The notes under the pieces are model-generated. The model was not told the origin of the DNA. It saw nothing but the letters and a program-made list of their open reading frames with translations, and made no database searches. A stretch of 64,000 nucleotides of DNA from Eledone cirrhosa (taxonomy: Eukaryota), in contig OZ024740.1 of assembly GCA_964016885.1 (NCBI GenBank), positions 418,810,001 to 418,874,000 on the forward strand, given 5' to 3'. A program made the position numbers and the translations under genes. This document shows, piece after piece, positions 63,998 through 64,000 of this stretch; the first letter of the stretch is position 1, and each line of letters opens with the position of its first letter.

Positions 63998-64000
63998 ATT

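Larger units (their letters stand above)
58340..64000 (+). mobile_element. Second Tx1/L1-clade LINE (copy 2), head-to-tail with copy 1; runs off the window end
   Basis: Starts directly after (ATT)n 58287-58339; ORF1 and ORF2 present. Confidence 0.95.

Overview
Repeat-dense, AT-rich animal genomic DNA. The SINE, RTE, Penelope and microsatellite content suggests a coleoid cephalopod such as octopus; this is an inference. Five short minus-strand exons (47198-47356, 24955-25029, 21237-21295, 20296-20371, 13053-13121) splice in phase into the N-terminal part of an SLC38A11-like amino-acid transporter. Nearly everything else is intronic or flanking repeat DNA. It includes 20-, 25-, 27-, ~34- and 61-bp tandem arrays, three Penelope-like (GIY-YIG) insertions (one a 7.4-kb tandem-plus-inverted array), a near-full-length frameshifted RTE LINE with a PHD-like insert, a non-autonomous Helitron, mariner- and piggyBac-type MITEs, many tRNA-derived SINEs, and two head-to-tail Tx1/L1-clade LINEs. 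Three observations stand out. (1) Both Tx1 copies carry a 52-nt GTAAGT...CAG segment over the ORF1 stop, and removing it would fuse ORF1 and ORF2 in frame. The two copies have diverged 5'UTR/ORF1 but near-identical ORF2, with the switch exactly at that donor site. (2) About 15 type-I hammerhead ribozyme motifs were read by eye, some with very long stem II. (3) A 2.6-kb 61-bp satellite arose from the C-terminal codons of a CR1-like LINE. All calls are from manual reading; no searches or folding programs were run.
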